Below are positions 18,470 through 28,132 of a stretch of DNA of 64,000 bases, in pieces (within the stretch, counting starts at the first letter, position 1; each line of letters begins with the position of its first letter). The notes below the pieces were generated by a model that was not told where the DNA came from, did not search any database, and worked only from the letters and a program-made list of their open reading frames with translations. The stretch is taken from the NCBI GenBank assembly GCA_965237675.1, contig OZ250150.1:192001-256000 (forward strand), read 5' to 3'. The stretch comes from Candidatus Latescibacterota bacterium. Lineage in GTDB: Bacteria > Latescibacterota > UBA2968 > GCA-2709665. A program made the translations under genes and the position numbers.

Positions 18470-19404
18470 GCATAACCCTTCGAGTGCGCGATGCGTCCGT
18501 TTCAATTCAGGATCTCGTGGACTTGATGGCGCGTTGTGCCGACGGGGGTGGAGACGTGACGCCGCCAACCATGGAGACCCTCGAAAATCTGCGTAGTGAC
18601 GAGATTGTGCTGGCGTTCGATGGGCCGACGCCCGTGGGTGTCTGCTCGCTTTCATTGGACGGAGGTAGCGGATACGCGGTGCTGAGATTCCTGGGAGTCC
18701 TCCCCGAACAACGCCGCGCGGGTGTGGGACGCCGGCTCCTGGTGTACGCCGAGGCCGTCGCCGGGGAAAAGGGGCACGAAGCACTGCGGACGGGCACGAA
18801 CATCGCCAGCGACGACGTTGCGGCGGTTCGACTGCTTGAACGGACAGGCTGGAAACCCATGTTCGGCGCGGGGTTGCGAATGTGGCGTGAACTCACGGAC
18901 CTTCCCGAGGCGAAACCGCCGCCGGGGTACCGAATCAGGACTTACGAAACGGGCGACGATTCGGCATTCGTTCGGATCAAGAATGCCGCTTTCTTGAGTG
19001 AAGGCGGCGGCCGGGCGTGGACGGAAGTGGACTTCCAGAAAGAATATCTCGACTCACCGTATTTCGAGCCGGCGCGGGTCCTGTTTGCTATTTGCAACGG
19101 TGAACCCGTGGGCACGACCACGGCTTGGACGGCGATGAATTGGGGCAAGGAAGTCGGTCTGATTCACTGGGTGGCGGTTGTACCGGAACACCGGAGAAAA
19201 GGTTTGGGGTGGGTGTTGAACGTCCGGGCGGTGCATAAATTGAAGGAACTGGGGTACGGGGATGCGATCCTGAACACCAGCGAAACGCTGGAATCGGCCG
19301 TTCGCCTGTACCACCGGCTGGGTTTTGAGGTGGTTGTCCGGCGCGCGGTTTACGAGAAGCCGCTGGGTGGAGGTCGCAAACCGTCCTTCATTTCACAGAA
19401 TTGA
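18466..19404 (+). CDS. Tandem GNAT N-acetyltransferase
   Basis: Two acetyl-CoA motifs (VLPEQRRAGVGRRL and VVPEHRRKGLG) and AVRLYHRLGF; GTG start overlaps the SDR stop. Confidence 0.88.
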   Translation: MSITLRVRDASVSIQDLVDLMARCADGGGDVTPPTMETLENLRSDEIVLAFDGPTPVGVCSLSLDGGSGYAVLRFLGVLPEQRRAGVGRRLLVYAEAVAGEKGHEALRTGTNIASDDVAAVRLLERTGWKPMFGAGLRMWRELTDLPEAKPPPGYRIRTYETGDDSAFVRIKNAAFLSEGGGRAWTEVDFQKEYLDSPYFEPARVLFAICNGEPVGTTTAWTAMNWGKEVGLIHWVAVVPEHRRKGLGWVLNVRAVHKLKELGYGDAILNTSETLESAVRLYHRLGFEVVVRRAVYEKPLGGGRKPSFISQN

Positions 19405-19446
19405 ACGCTGCAGCGTGGAATCTGGCCGGGTGAGAGGCTGACGGAA

Positions 19447-19965
19447 ATGAAGGGGCGGCTGGGAATACTATTGATCTTCTGCCTGGGCTGTGGATCGTCG
19501 GATCCCGTAGGGGTCGTTGAACCGAGACCCGACGCCACGGGTGTGATGGTGTCGGTTGCGGTATTGGATCTGAATACGTACCTGGTAAACGTCTCGCGAA
19601 CCTACGAAACGGTGAATCTGATGAATGCCGAATTCGGGTCCATCACCCAGGGATGGTCGGGCGGCGTGGTTTCGAGGTACTGGACACGGCAGTTCATGTC
19701 GAATTTGATCGCCCGTTTGGAGACTTTGCAGGTGCAGGTACGGGACATTCGGCCGAACGATAGCGAATTGCGGCGGATTCACGCCAGCTACGAGCAGGGG
19801 CTGGCCACCTTCCGCGAGGCGTTTGACGCATTTGTTAACCTGATCGATTTCCCTACGTCTGAGGGCATCGATGGCGTGAACCTGCTGATATTCAGAGGCA
19901 ATAAGCGCATAGACGAGTTTCAGCTAATGTTGAGCAATCTTGCAGGACGACAAATTCGGTTCTAA
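19447..19965 (+). CDS. Putative helical lipoprotein
   Basis: MKGRLGILLIFCLGC lipobox; the body reads as amphipathic helices. Confidence 0.7.
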   Translation: MKGRLGILLIFCLGCGSSDPVGVVEPRPDATGVMVSVAVLDLNTYLVNVSRTYETVNLMNAEFGSITQGWSGGVVSRYWTRQFMSNLIARLETLQVQVRDIRPNDSELRRIHASYEQGLATFREAFDAFVNLIDFPTSEGIDGVNLLIFRGNKRIDEFQLMLSNLAGRQIRF

Positions 19966-20260
19966 TCCATTTGTAGCACTTCTGAGGCCCGGATTCGATC
20001 CGACTTCGGTGTGTTGGCAGGGAATTCAAGAATAATCCCCTATTCGATCCTGTCAGCATCCTCTCCCCGTCTTACATTTCATCGCGATGCTTTTCCATCG
20101 ACGTGTAATGATCGCGCTAGCGGACATGCCATCGCAGTCTGCCCGCCCTGGTATGACGCAGACCGATCCGACGATTCCGTCAGAGACAGGAATACTCGTG
20201 AAATATTGTCCAGGCTCCATTCTTCGACCGAACGCAGGCGGCACTGTGCCGAGAGACTTT

Positions 20261-23200
20261 ATGCGCGCGGCAGTCCTGGCCGTGATCGCCCTATGCATCC
20301 TTGGCGCGGCGGCGCCGGCGTGGTCCCAGAACCCGGAACTGGTGCTGTCCGTGTCATCGCTGACTTTGACGGAGGGTTCCAGCGCCAGTTATACGGTTAA
20401 GCTGGAAGCAGAGCCGACGACCACCTTAACGGTGTACATTACCGGTACGTCAGGAACAGACCTTACATTGAACGAAGAATCGCTGACGTTCACCACGGAC
20501 AACTGGAACTCCCCGCAGACGGTAACGGTGTCGGCAGGTGAGGACGGAAACGAGGTCAATGATATCGAGAAGCTGAAGCACATTGTATTTGGAGATTGCT
20601 GCTGCGGACGCCTTAGCGGCGAAATTCCCGTTACCGTGGTCGACAACGAAAGGTTCAATCTGGTGCTTTCGCCTGCCTCGCTGACGGTCGGCGAGGGTGA
20701 AAGCGCCACCTACACCGTCAAGCTGGCGTTGCAACCGACGGGAAACGTGACCGTGACCATCGGCGGTACTTCGGGGACTGACCTTTCGTTGAACAGATCC
20801 ACCCTGACGTTCTCCACCGGCAGCTGGAATTCCCCGCAAACGGTGAGGGTCACCGCGCGCCAGGACGAGAACCGAAGTCATGACAGCGAGACGATCACAC
20901 ACACCGCCTCGGGCGGCGGCTACGGGTCGGTCAGCGAGGATCTCCCGGTTACCGTGACGGACGACGACGTGCCCGATCTGGTGTTTTCGCCCGCCTCGCT
21001 GACAGTCGGCGAGGGAGAAAGCGCCACCTACACGGTCAAGCTGGCGGCACGACCCGATAGTGACGTATCTTTGGACGTAGACGCTTTTTCCGGAGATAAC
21101 CTCACCCTGGACAAGTACGAACTGACGTTCACCACCAACAACTGGAACAACCCCCAGAGGGTGAGAGTGACCGCAGGCCATGACCCTGACGGGGCCAACG
21201 AAAATGCAGGGGTGTGGCACGCGGGCTCGGGCGGCGGCTACGGGTCGGTGTTCAAGTTCATCCACGTTACTGTGACGGACGACGATACACCGGATCTGGT
21301 GTTGTCGGAGCGTTCGCTGACGATCAACGAAGGAGAACATACCACCTACACCGTGAAGCTGGCAATCGTGCCGACGGGCAACGTGACGGTGACCATCGGC
21401 GGCACCTCGGGGACCGACCTTACATTGGACAAGGATGAACTGACGTTCGACACCAACACCTGGAACTCCCCGCAGACGGTGAGGGTCACTGCCGACACGG
21501 ATCCGGACGGAACCAATGACAGCGAGACGCTCACGCACACGGCGTCGGGCGGTGACTATGGGTCGCTGAATAAAGACCTGCCCGTTACCGTGACGGACAA
21601 GGACGCACCCAATCTGCTGCTGACACCCGGCTCGCTGGCGATCGACGAGGGCGACAACAGGACCTATACGGTCAAGCTGACGACCCTGCCCACGGGCGAC
21701 GTGACGGTGACCATCGGCGGCACCTCGGGGACGGACCTTTCGTTGGACAAGAACACCCTGACGTTCACCACCAATACCTGGAGCTCACCCCAGACGGTGA
21801 GGGTGACCGCCGGCACGGACCCGGACGGAGCGAATGACACCGCCACGTTGACACACAGGGCTTCGAACGGTGGCTACGGAGGGGTAAACAAGGACCTTCC
21901 CGTTACGGTGACGGACCCCGACCCGGTGGGGCTGGTCCTGGCGCCGGAATTGCTTGGGATCAACGAGGGCGGAAATGAAACCTACACCGTGAAGCTGGCG
22001 ACGCAGCCGACGGGTCGCGTTACAGTGACCGTCGGCGGCACCGCGGGGACCGACCTTTCGTTAAACAGGTCGTCCGTGACGTTTACCACAACCACATGGA
22101 ATTCGCCGCAGACGGTGAGGGTCACGGCACGCACGGATCCGGACAACATTAATGACAGCGAGACGCTCACGCACACGGCATCGGGGGCCGACTACGGGTC
22201 GGTGAGCAAGGACCTTCCCGTTACCGTGACGGACAAGGACGTGCCCAATCTGTTTCTGTCACCGGGCTCGCTGACGATCGACGAGGAAAACAACAGGACC
22301 TATACCGTCAAGCTCGCGACACAGCCCACGGGTAACGTGACGGTGACCATCGGCGGCACATCGGGGACCGACCTTACATTGGACAAGGATGAACTGACGT
22401 TCGACACCAACACCTGGAACTCCCCCCAGACCGTGAGAGTGACAGCTGACCAGGACCCGGACGGGGCGAATGACAGCGAGACGCTCACGCACAGGGCCTC
22501 GGGCGGCGGCTACGGGTCGGTGAGCAAGGACCTTCCCGTGACCGTGACAGACAATGATACGCCGGATCTATTGCTTTCGGAGCGATCGCTGACGATCAAC
22601 GAGGGAGAAAATACCACCTACACCGTAAAGCTGGCGACACAGCCGACGGCCACCGTGACGGTGACCATCGGCGGCTGGTCGGGGACCGACCTCAGTTTGA
22701 ACAATTCCGCATTAACATTCACCAGAACAACCTGGAACTCCCCGCAGACGGTGAGGGTCACAGCCGACACGGATCCGGACGGAACCAATGACAGCGGGAC
22801 ACTCACGCACACGGCGTCGGGCGGTGACTATGGGTCGCTGAATAAAGGCCTGCCCGTTACCGTGACGGATAAGGACGCGCCCAATCTGTTGCTGACGCCC
22901 ACCTCGCTGACGATCGACGAGGGTAGCAACGAAACTTATACCGTCAAGCTGGCAACGCTGCCTTCCGCCGACGTGACGGTCACCATTCGGATTCCGTCGG
23001 GGACGGACCTTTCGTTGGACAAGAAAACCCTGACGTTCACCACCAATACCTGGAGCTCCCCTCAGACGGTGATAGTGACCGCCGGCCAGGATCCGGACGG
23101 GGCGAACGATACCGCCACGCTCACGCACACGGCCTCGGGCGGCGACTACGGATCGGTGAGGGCCGACCTCTCGGTTACGGTGACCGACAACGACCCGGTG

Positions 23201-26200
23201 GGAATGGTGCTGTCTCCGGTGTTACTGGAGGTCAACGAAGGCGAAAGCGCCACCTATACCGTCAAATTGGAGACACAGCCCACGGGTAACGTGACCGTGA
23301 CCATCGGAGGCTGGCCGGGGACCGACCTTTCGCTGAACAGGACCTCCGTAACGTTCACCAGGTCGACCTGGAACTCCCCGCAGACGGTGAGGGTCACGGC
23401 ACGCACAGACGCGGACATGGCAAATGACAGCGAGACGCTCACGCACACGGCCTCGGGGGGCGACTACGGGTCGGTAACCAAAGACCTTCCCGTTGCCGTG
23501 ACGGACAAGGACGTGCCCAATCTGTTTCTGTCGCCTGGCTCGCTGACAATCGACGAGGGAGACGACAAGACCTATACCCTCAAGCTGGCGACGCTGCCCA
23601 CGGGTGACGTGACGGTGACCATTGGTGGCATTTCGGGAACCGTCCTTACATTGGACAAGAATGAACTGACGTTCACCACCACGACATGGAACTCCCCCCA
23701 GACCGTGAGGGTAACGGCTGACGAGGACACGGACAAGACCGATGACAGAGAGACGCTCACGCACACGGCGTCGGGCGGCGGCTACGGAGGGGTCAACAAG
23801 GACCTCCCCGTGACCATTAACGACAACGATAAGCCGCGCTTGATCCTCTCGCGGAATTCGCTGACGATCACGGAGGGCGGAAGCGGCACCTACACGGTAA
23901 AACTGGCGACGCCGCCTGCCGCCGGCGTGACGGTGACCATTGGCGGCACCTCGGGGACCGACCTTTCCTTGAACAATGCCACACTGACGTTCGACACCAA
24001 CACCTGGAACTCTCCGCAGACGGTGAGGGTGACGGCCGGCCAGGACACGGACACGACGAATGACAGCGCGACGCTGACGCACATGGCCTCGGGCGGCGGC
24101 TACGATTCGGTGAGCAAGTACCTCCCCGTCACAGTGACGGACAACGATACGAGCCAGAGGCGGGTGGTGACAGCGGTGCAGGTGTCGTTTGCGCGCGCGA
24201 CCTACACGGCGACGGAAGGTGGTGGCACGGCGACGGTGAGCCTGTCATTGAACAAGAACCCCAGGCGTAAAGTGGTGGTCCCGCTGACGGTCACGATGAA
24301 TGGCGGCGCAACACTGGACGACTACACCGGTGTGCCGGAAAGCATCACGTTCTATAACGACCAATTGAAAAAGACCTTTGACGTCACCGCCACCGACGAC
24401 GCCGTAAACGATGACGGCGAGAGCCTGACTATCGGCTTCGGCAGATTGCCAAGTGGGGTCAGCACGGGCAGTCATGCGACGTCACTGATAAACCTGCGGG
24501 ACAACGACGCTGTGGTCAGAGTGTATTTCGACCAGCCGACCTATACGGCTGAAGAGGGTGGCGCCGCCGCAACCGTGCTCGTACGCCTGAGCAAGGATGC
24601 CATACGCGACGTAACGATTCCATTGACAGCGGTTTTTGAAGGCGGCGCGACGGAAAACGACGTTGTCGGTGTGCCGGAGCAAATCACCTTTGGTCGTGGA
24701 GAATCGGAAAAGACCTTCAATGTCACCGCCACGGACGACGACGTGGATGACGACGGTGAGAGCCTGACACTCGGGTTCGGCACGTTGCCAGACGGGTTCG
24801 ATCCAGGCAAGACTGCCACGACTTCAGTCAATATCAGGGACAACGATGACCCGGTGGTTACTGTATCTTTCGGCCAGGCGACCTACGAAGGTGTGGAAGG
24901 CGGCGGCGCCGTGGTCGTTCGAGTGCGTTTGAGCGCGGATCCCGAGCGGCAGGTCTCGATTCCATTGACGGCGACACCGGGTAACGGCGCCACGGCAAGT
25001 GATTTCTCCGATGTGCCCGAAAGCATTGTCTTCACCAGCGGCCAGACGGCAAAGGACTTCGTTGTTACGGTTATCGATGACGACATAGACGACGACGGCG
25101 AAACCCTGACTTTCGCCATTGGCACCCTGCCCGAAAGGGTCAATGTGGGAAGTCCCTCAACGACTGTCCTGCGCCTTTCCGACAATGACGATCCGGTGGT
25201 AACGATCTCATTTGGCGCGGAGGAATACACGGCCGAAGAGGGCGGCCAGGCGGCAAGTATAACCTTGAGTATGAGCGCAGACCCCGAACGCCGGGTCACC
25301 ATTCCACTGAACGTGACTCCTGGTAACGGCGCCACAGAGGCGGACTACAGAGTATCGCCGAACGTGACCTTTGACAGCGGCGAAACGGAAAAGACAGTTG
25401 AACTGGTCGCGGTTGATGACGACGTCGACGATGACGGCGAGACCGTGGCGCTCGCATTTGGCGCCCTCCCGGCCATGGTCAACGCCGGTGACCGCACGAC
25501 CGCCACCGTTACGTTGACCGACAACGACGAACGCGGTGTGATCGTATCGGTTTCGGAATTGGCGATTCCCGAAGGGGATGCCGGCAGCTATTCGGTAGCG
25601 CTGCGCAGCAGGCCGACAGGTACGGTTACTATAAATGTGACGGGTATGGAAAATACCGACGTGTCGGTAGACCCGTCTCAATTGACGTTCACGGCGCAGG
25701 ACTGGGACGTTCCACAAGAGGTCGGAGTCCGCACGCAGGACGACGACGACGCGGTCGCGGATCGGGTGACGTTAAATCACGTGGCGAGCGGAGGGGACTA
25801 CGGGAACGTGGTGGCGCCGTCCGTCGTCGTAACGGTCATCGAAGACGAAATGCCGGCGATGACCGTGGGGAACCAGCGTGCCACAGAAGGCGCGGGGGCG
25901 ATGGTATTCACCGTTACACTGGATATGCCGAGCAGTGAAGAAGCCACCGTGAAATACGCAACCTCCAACGGCACGGCATTGGCAGGCGAGGACTACAGGA
26001 CAACGCAGGGCACCCTGCGCTTTGCCGCGTTGCAGACGCGGCAGACGATCAGCGTGTCGCTCATCGACGATAGTGTAGATGAAGACCCGGAGACGTTCAC
26101 ACTGTCGCTGACCGAGCCTGTGAATGCGACGCTGAGTGTCGGCAGGGCGGTTGCTACGGGAACGATAGATGACAACGATGCCGCATCGGAAGCGCTGGAG

Positions 26201-27661
26201 GTATTGCTATCCAGTGTGGGAAGGATGGTGGCGACGGATGTGATTCACGTTGTCAGCGGGCGATTTGATCAACCCGAAGGGGTTGATCCTGCGCTCACGC
26301 TGAACGGCTTGCCGGTGGAATTGAATGGCGGGAAGGAACCTGGTAGCGCGAAGGATGCCACGGCTCCGGGCAACACCTTGACATGGGGATCGGATGCGGA
26401 TATCTGGATGCCGCTGGAAACGCAGATTTCCCACCCCTATGGTCTAAGCGTACCGGCGTCTCATCTGCGCGAGGTCGATGTCTGGGATGTGCTGTCGGAC
26501 AGCGACTTCGAGATGCCGCTTAAGCGCGCGGACAGAGTCAGTTCCTGGATCCTCTGGGGACAGGTCACACTGACCGGTTTTTCGAGTCTGCCGAACGCCA
26601 TACGCAGGATGGACGCGGATGGCTTCACCGGCTATCTCGGCGTTGAGTACCGGATGCGAGAGAATCTGCTGTTGGGAATGGCGCTGACGCACAGCAGGGG
26701 CGATCTGGACTATAACAACGTTAACTCCCGAAACACACTCGTGCCCAGCGATTATGGCATTACCAGTCTCCTGCCCTATGTCCACGTGCAAGTACGCCCC
26801 AGGTTGGGTATTTGGGGATTGAGCGGCTATGGGCGCGGCAGCTCGGATATGAGGGACCTGATCGGGTTCCACGACGCGGACATGACACTGCTGATGGGGG
26901 CGGCAGGGGCCAGGCAGGACCTGTCCAGGTGGCATGGCATCGGCTTCGCGGTGAAGGGAGACGCCTTTTTCGTGCGGACCGAATCTGATGGGAGCGCACG
27001 GTTGCCGGAAATTCGTGTCGATGCCAAGCGGGTACGCTTGATGATTGAAGGCCGGCGGACCCTCGCCTTCGATCCCGTATTGCGTCTGACGCCGAGTGTT
27101 GAAATTGGCGGGCGATGGGACCGGGGGCATATTGAGAATGGTGCGGGCATAGACGTAGGCGGTGGCATTCAAATCGCACACGCAGAGCGCGGCGTCAGCC
27201 TGTCCACACGCTTGCGATATCTGTTGGTACACCAGCAGGACGCCCGCGAGGAATGGGGCGTCAGTCTGATTTTGCGGGTCGATCCGGGATTGGCCAGACA
27301 GGGAGTTGTGCTGGATGTATCGCCGGTTTGGGGTGCGCAGGGCAGTGGTGCGGAAGCCATATGGCGTAGCCGGGCGGGCCTGGGGATTGGGAGTCTGGCG
27401 GGGCCGGAGCGTGCGACGAACGTGAGACCGGACCGCATGGAATTCAATTTTGGATACCGGCTGTTGACGCAGGAAAGGAAAGCGTCGCTGACCCCATACG
27501 GTGGGTGGACAACGGGTGTCCTCGGTTTTCAGAGGTATCGCGTAGGGAGCCGGCTGGTTGTTGGAAGGGGTGTAGATATGAATCTCGAAGGTATGCGCCA
27601 GAAAAGTGCAGCGGGTCCCGGCGCCTATGGGTTGATGCTGCGAGGGCGGATGAGATGGTAG
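20261..27661 (+). CDS. Giant repeat-containing surface adhesin with Calx-beta-like domains and an autotransporter-like C-terminal beta-barrel
   Basis: Signal peptide MRAAVLAVIALCILGAAAPAWS; 12 ~106 aa Thr-rich beta-sandwich repeats, 4 Asp-rich Calx-beta-like units, a 13th repeat, one Calx-beta, then amphipathic strands ending in Trp (RGRMRW). The ORF is open from 20087, so the start is uncertain. Confidence 0.85.
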   Translation: MRAAVLAVIALCILGAAAPAWSQNPELVLSVSSLTLTEGSSASYTVKLEAEPTTTLTVYITGTSGTDLTLNEESLTFTTDNWNSPQTVTVSAGEDGNEVNDIEKLKHIVFGDCCCGRLSGEIPVTVVDNERFNLVLSPASLTVGEGESATYTVKLALQPTGNVTVTIGGTSGTDLSLNRSTLTFSTGSWNSPQTVRVTARQDENRSHDSETITHTASGGGYGSVSEDLPVTVTDDDVPDLVFSPASLTVGEGESATYTVKLAARPDSDVSLDVDAFSGDNLTLDKYELTFTTNNWNNPQRVRVTAGHDPDGANENAGVWHAGSGGGYGSVFKFIHVTVTDDDTPDLVLSERSLTINEGEHTTYTVKLAIVPTGNVTVTIGGTSGTDLTLDKDELTFDTNTWNSPQTVRVTADTDPDGTNDSETLTHTASGGDYGSLNKDLPVTVTDKDAPNLLLTPGSLAIDEGDNRTYTVKLTTLPTGDVTVTIGGTSGTDLSLDKNTLTFTTNTWSSPQTVRVTAGTDPDGANDTATLTHRASNGGYGGVNKDLPVTVTDPDPVGLVLAPELLGINEGGNETYTVKLATQPTGRVTVTVGGTAGTDLSLNRSSVTFTTTTWNSPQTVRVTARTDPDNINDSETLTHTASGADYGSVSKDLPVTVTDKDVPNLFLSPGSLTIDEENNRTYTVKLATQPTGNVTVTIGGTSGTDLTLDKDELTFDTNTWNSPQTVRVTADQDPDGANDSETLTHRASGGGYGSVSKDLPVTVTDNDTPDLLLSERSLTINEGENTTYTVKLATQPTATVTVTIGGWSGTDLSLNNSALTFTRTTWNSPQTVRVTADTDPDGTNDSGTLTHTASGGDYGSLNKGLPVTVTDKDAPNLLLTPTSLTIDEGSNETYTVKLATLPSADVTVTIRIPSGTDLSLDKKTLTFTTNTWSSPQTVIVTAGQDPDGANDTATLTHTASGGDYGSVRADLSVTVTDNDPVGMVLSPVLLEVNEGESATYTVKLETQPTGNVTVTIGGWPGTDLSLNRTSVTFTRSTWNSPQTVRVTARTDADMANDSETLTHTASGGDYGSVTKDLPVAVTDKDVPNLFLSPGSLTIDEGDDKTYTLKLATLPTGDVTVTIGGISGTVLTLDKNELTFTTTTWNSPQTVRVTADEDTDKTDDRETLTHTASGGGYGGVNKDLPVTINDNDKPRLILSRNSLTITEGGSGTYTVKLATPPAAGVTVTIGGTSGTDLSLNNATLTFDTNTWNSPQTVRVTAGQDTDTTNDSATLTHMASGGGYDSVSKYLPVTVTDNDTSQRRVVTAVQVSFARATYTATEGGGTATVSLSLNKNPRRKVVVPLTVTMNGGATLDDYTGVPESITFYNDQLKKTFDVTATDDAVNDDGESLTIGFGRLPSGVSTGSHATSLINLRDNDAVVRVYFDQPTYTAEEGGAAATVLVRLSKDAIRDVTIPLTAVFEGGATENDVVGVPEQITFGRGESEKTFNVTATDDDVDDDGESLTLGFGTLPDGFDPGKTATTSVNIRDNDDPVVTVSFGQATYEGVEGGGAVVVRVRLSADPERQVSIPLTATPGNGATASDFSDVPESIVFTSGQTAKDFVVTVIDDDIDDDGETLTFAIGTLPERVNVGSPSTTVLRLSDNDDPVVTISFGAEEYTAEEGGQAASITLSMSADPERRVTIPLNVTPGNGATEADYRVSPNVTFDSGETEKTVELVAVDDDVDDDGETVALAFGALPAMVNAGDRTTATVTLTDNDERGVIVSVSELAIPEGDAGSYSVALRSRPTGTVTINVTGMENTDVSVDPSQLTFTAQDWDVPQEVGVRTQDDDDAVADRVTLNHVASGGDYGNVVAPSVVVTVIEDEMPAMTVGNQRATEGAGAMVFTVTLDMPSSEEATVKYATSNGTALAGEDYRTTQGTLRFAALQTRQTISVSLIDDSVDEDPETFTLSLTEPVNATLSVGRAVATGTIDDNDAASEALEVLLSSVGRMVATDVIHVVSGRFDQPEGVDPALTLNGLPVELNGGKEPGSAKDATAPGNTLTWGSDADIWMPLETQISHPYGLSVPASHLREVDVWDVLSDSDFEMPLKRADRVSSWILWGQVTLTGFSSLPNAIRRMDADGFTGYLGVEYRMRENLLLGMALTHSRGDLDYNNVNSRNTLVPSDYGITSLLPYVHVQVRPRLGIWGLSGYGRGSSDMRDLIGFHDADMTLLMGAAGARQDLSRWHGIGFAVKGDAFFVRTESDGSARLPEIRVDAKRVRLMIEGRRTLAFDPVLRLTPSVEIGGRWDRGHIENGAGIDVGGGIQIAHAERGVSLSTRLRYLLVHQQDAREEWGVSLILRVDPGLARQGVVLDVSPVWGAQGSGAEAIWRSRAGLGIGSLAGPERATNVRPDRMEFNFGYRLLTQERKASLTPYGGWTTGVLGFQRYRVGSRLVVGRGVDMNLEGMRQKSAAGPGAYGLMLRGRMRW
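20336..24154 (+). repeat. Intragenic tandem repeat, 12 units of 318 nt
   Basis: Unit starts at 20336, 20657, 20975, 21293, 21611, 21929, 22247, 22565, 22883, 23201, 23519 and 23837 (first unit 321 nt). Antisense shadow ORFs recur at 318-nt spacing. Confidence 0.95.
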
Positions 27662-27716
27662 GTGGGGAGAAGCAAATTCAACATCCACTTCTCCCAAATT
27701 CCCTGCCTCCGGCGGG

Positions 27717-27883
27717 TTCCTTTTGACACGACCAAAAGGAATCAAAAGTCGCCGCTGGGCACGGAGCCTGCCATATGCATAGCGCGAATCGCCTCAGAGG
27801 TGGTTCGCGGAAAAGCAGCCCCGCGGCGTCTGAGCGGCGCCGTTCTTTTTGGCCCTTTTTCTTTGGCGAGAAAGAAAAAGGGC
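27717..27883. repeat. Structured intergenic element with inverted terminal T/A-rich hairpins (MITE/REP-like)
   Basis: Left hairpin TTCCTTTTG-N7-CAAAAGGAA+TCAAAAG; right CTTTTTG+GCCCTTTTTCTTT-N6-AAAGAAAAAGGGC; inner GCCGCT...AGCGGC pairing. Confidence 0.55.
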
Positions 27884-27919
27884 GTAAGAAAATAGGGATT
27901 TAGATCCTCCGCCCAGGGC

Positions 27920-27943
27920 GGGTCCTTTCAGGACCCTTTTTTT
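27920..27943 (+). terminator. Intrinsic terminator
   Basis: GGGTCC-TTTCA-GGACCC followed by T7. Confidence 0.75.
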
Positions 27944-28009
27944 ATTTTTCGTCAGACGACGGGCCTGGTGGCCGTTCTTTTTTGGGAAGAGTACTTAATC
28001 TTCACTAAA

Positions 28010-28044
28010 TTTACCGAACCCGAGCCCTACAACATGTGTCTTAC
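28010..28044 (+). promoter_or_regulatory. ECF-sigma-like promoter, copy 2
   Basis: TTTACCGAACCCG-AGCCCTACAACAT-GTGTCTTAC. Confidence 0.75.
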
Positions 28045-28132
28045 GATTAGGAACGGGCACATGCCGAATCTCCGTGGCAGGCGGCGCCTTATGCCGACCG
28101 ACCTCGACCAAACCATCAACTTCAAGGCAGGG

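Noticed and set aside
21346-24084. Family of ~64-aa minus-strand ORFs repeating every 318 nt
   Set aside because: Antisense shadows of the adhesin repeat units; no RBS and no independent coding signal.
27968-28132. Long N-terminal extensions of the GWxTD ORFs (also 30475-30666)
   Set aside because: They run across the shared promoter motif and precede the signal peptides; downstream starts are more plausible.
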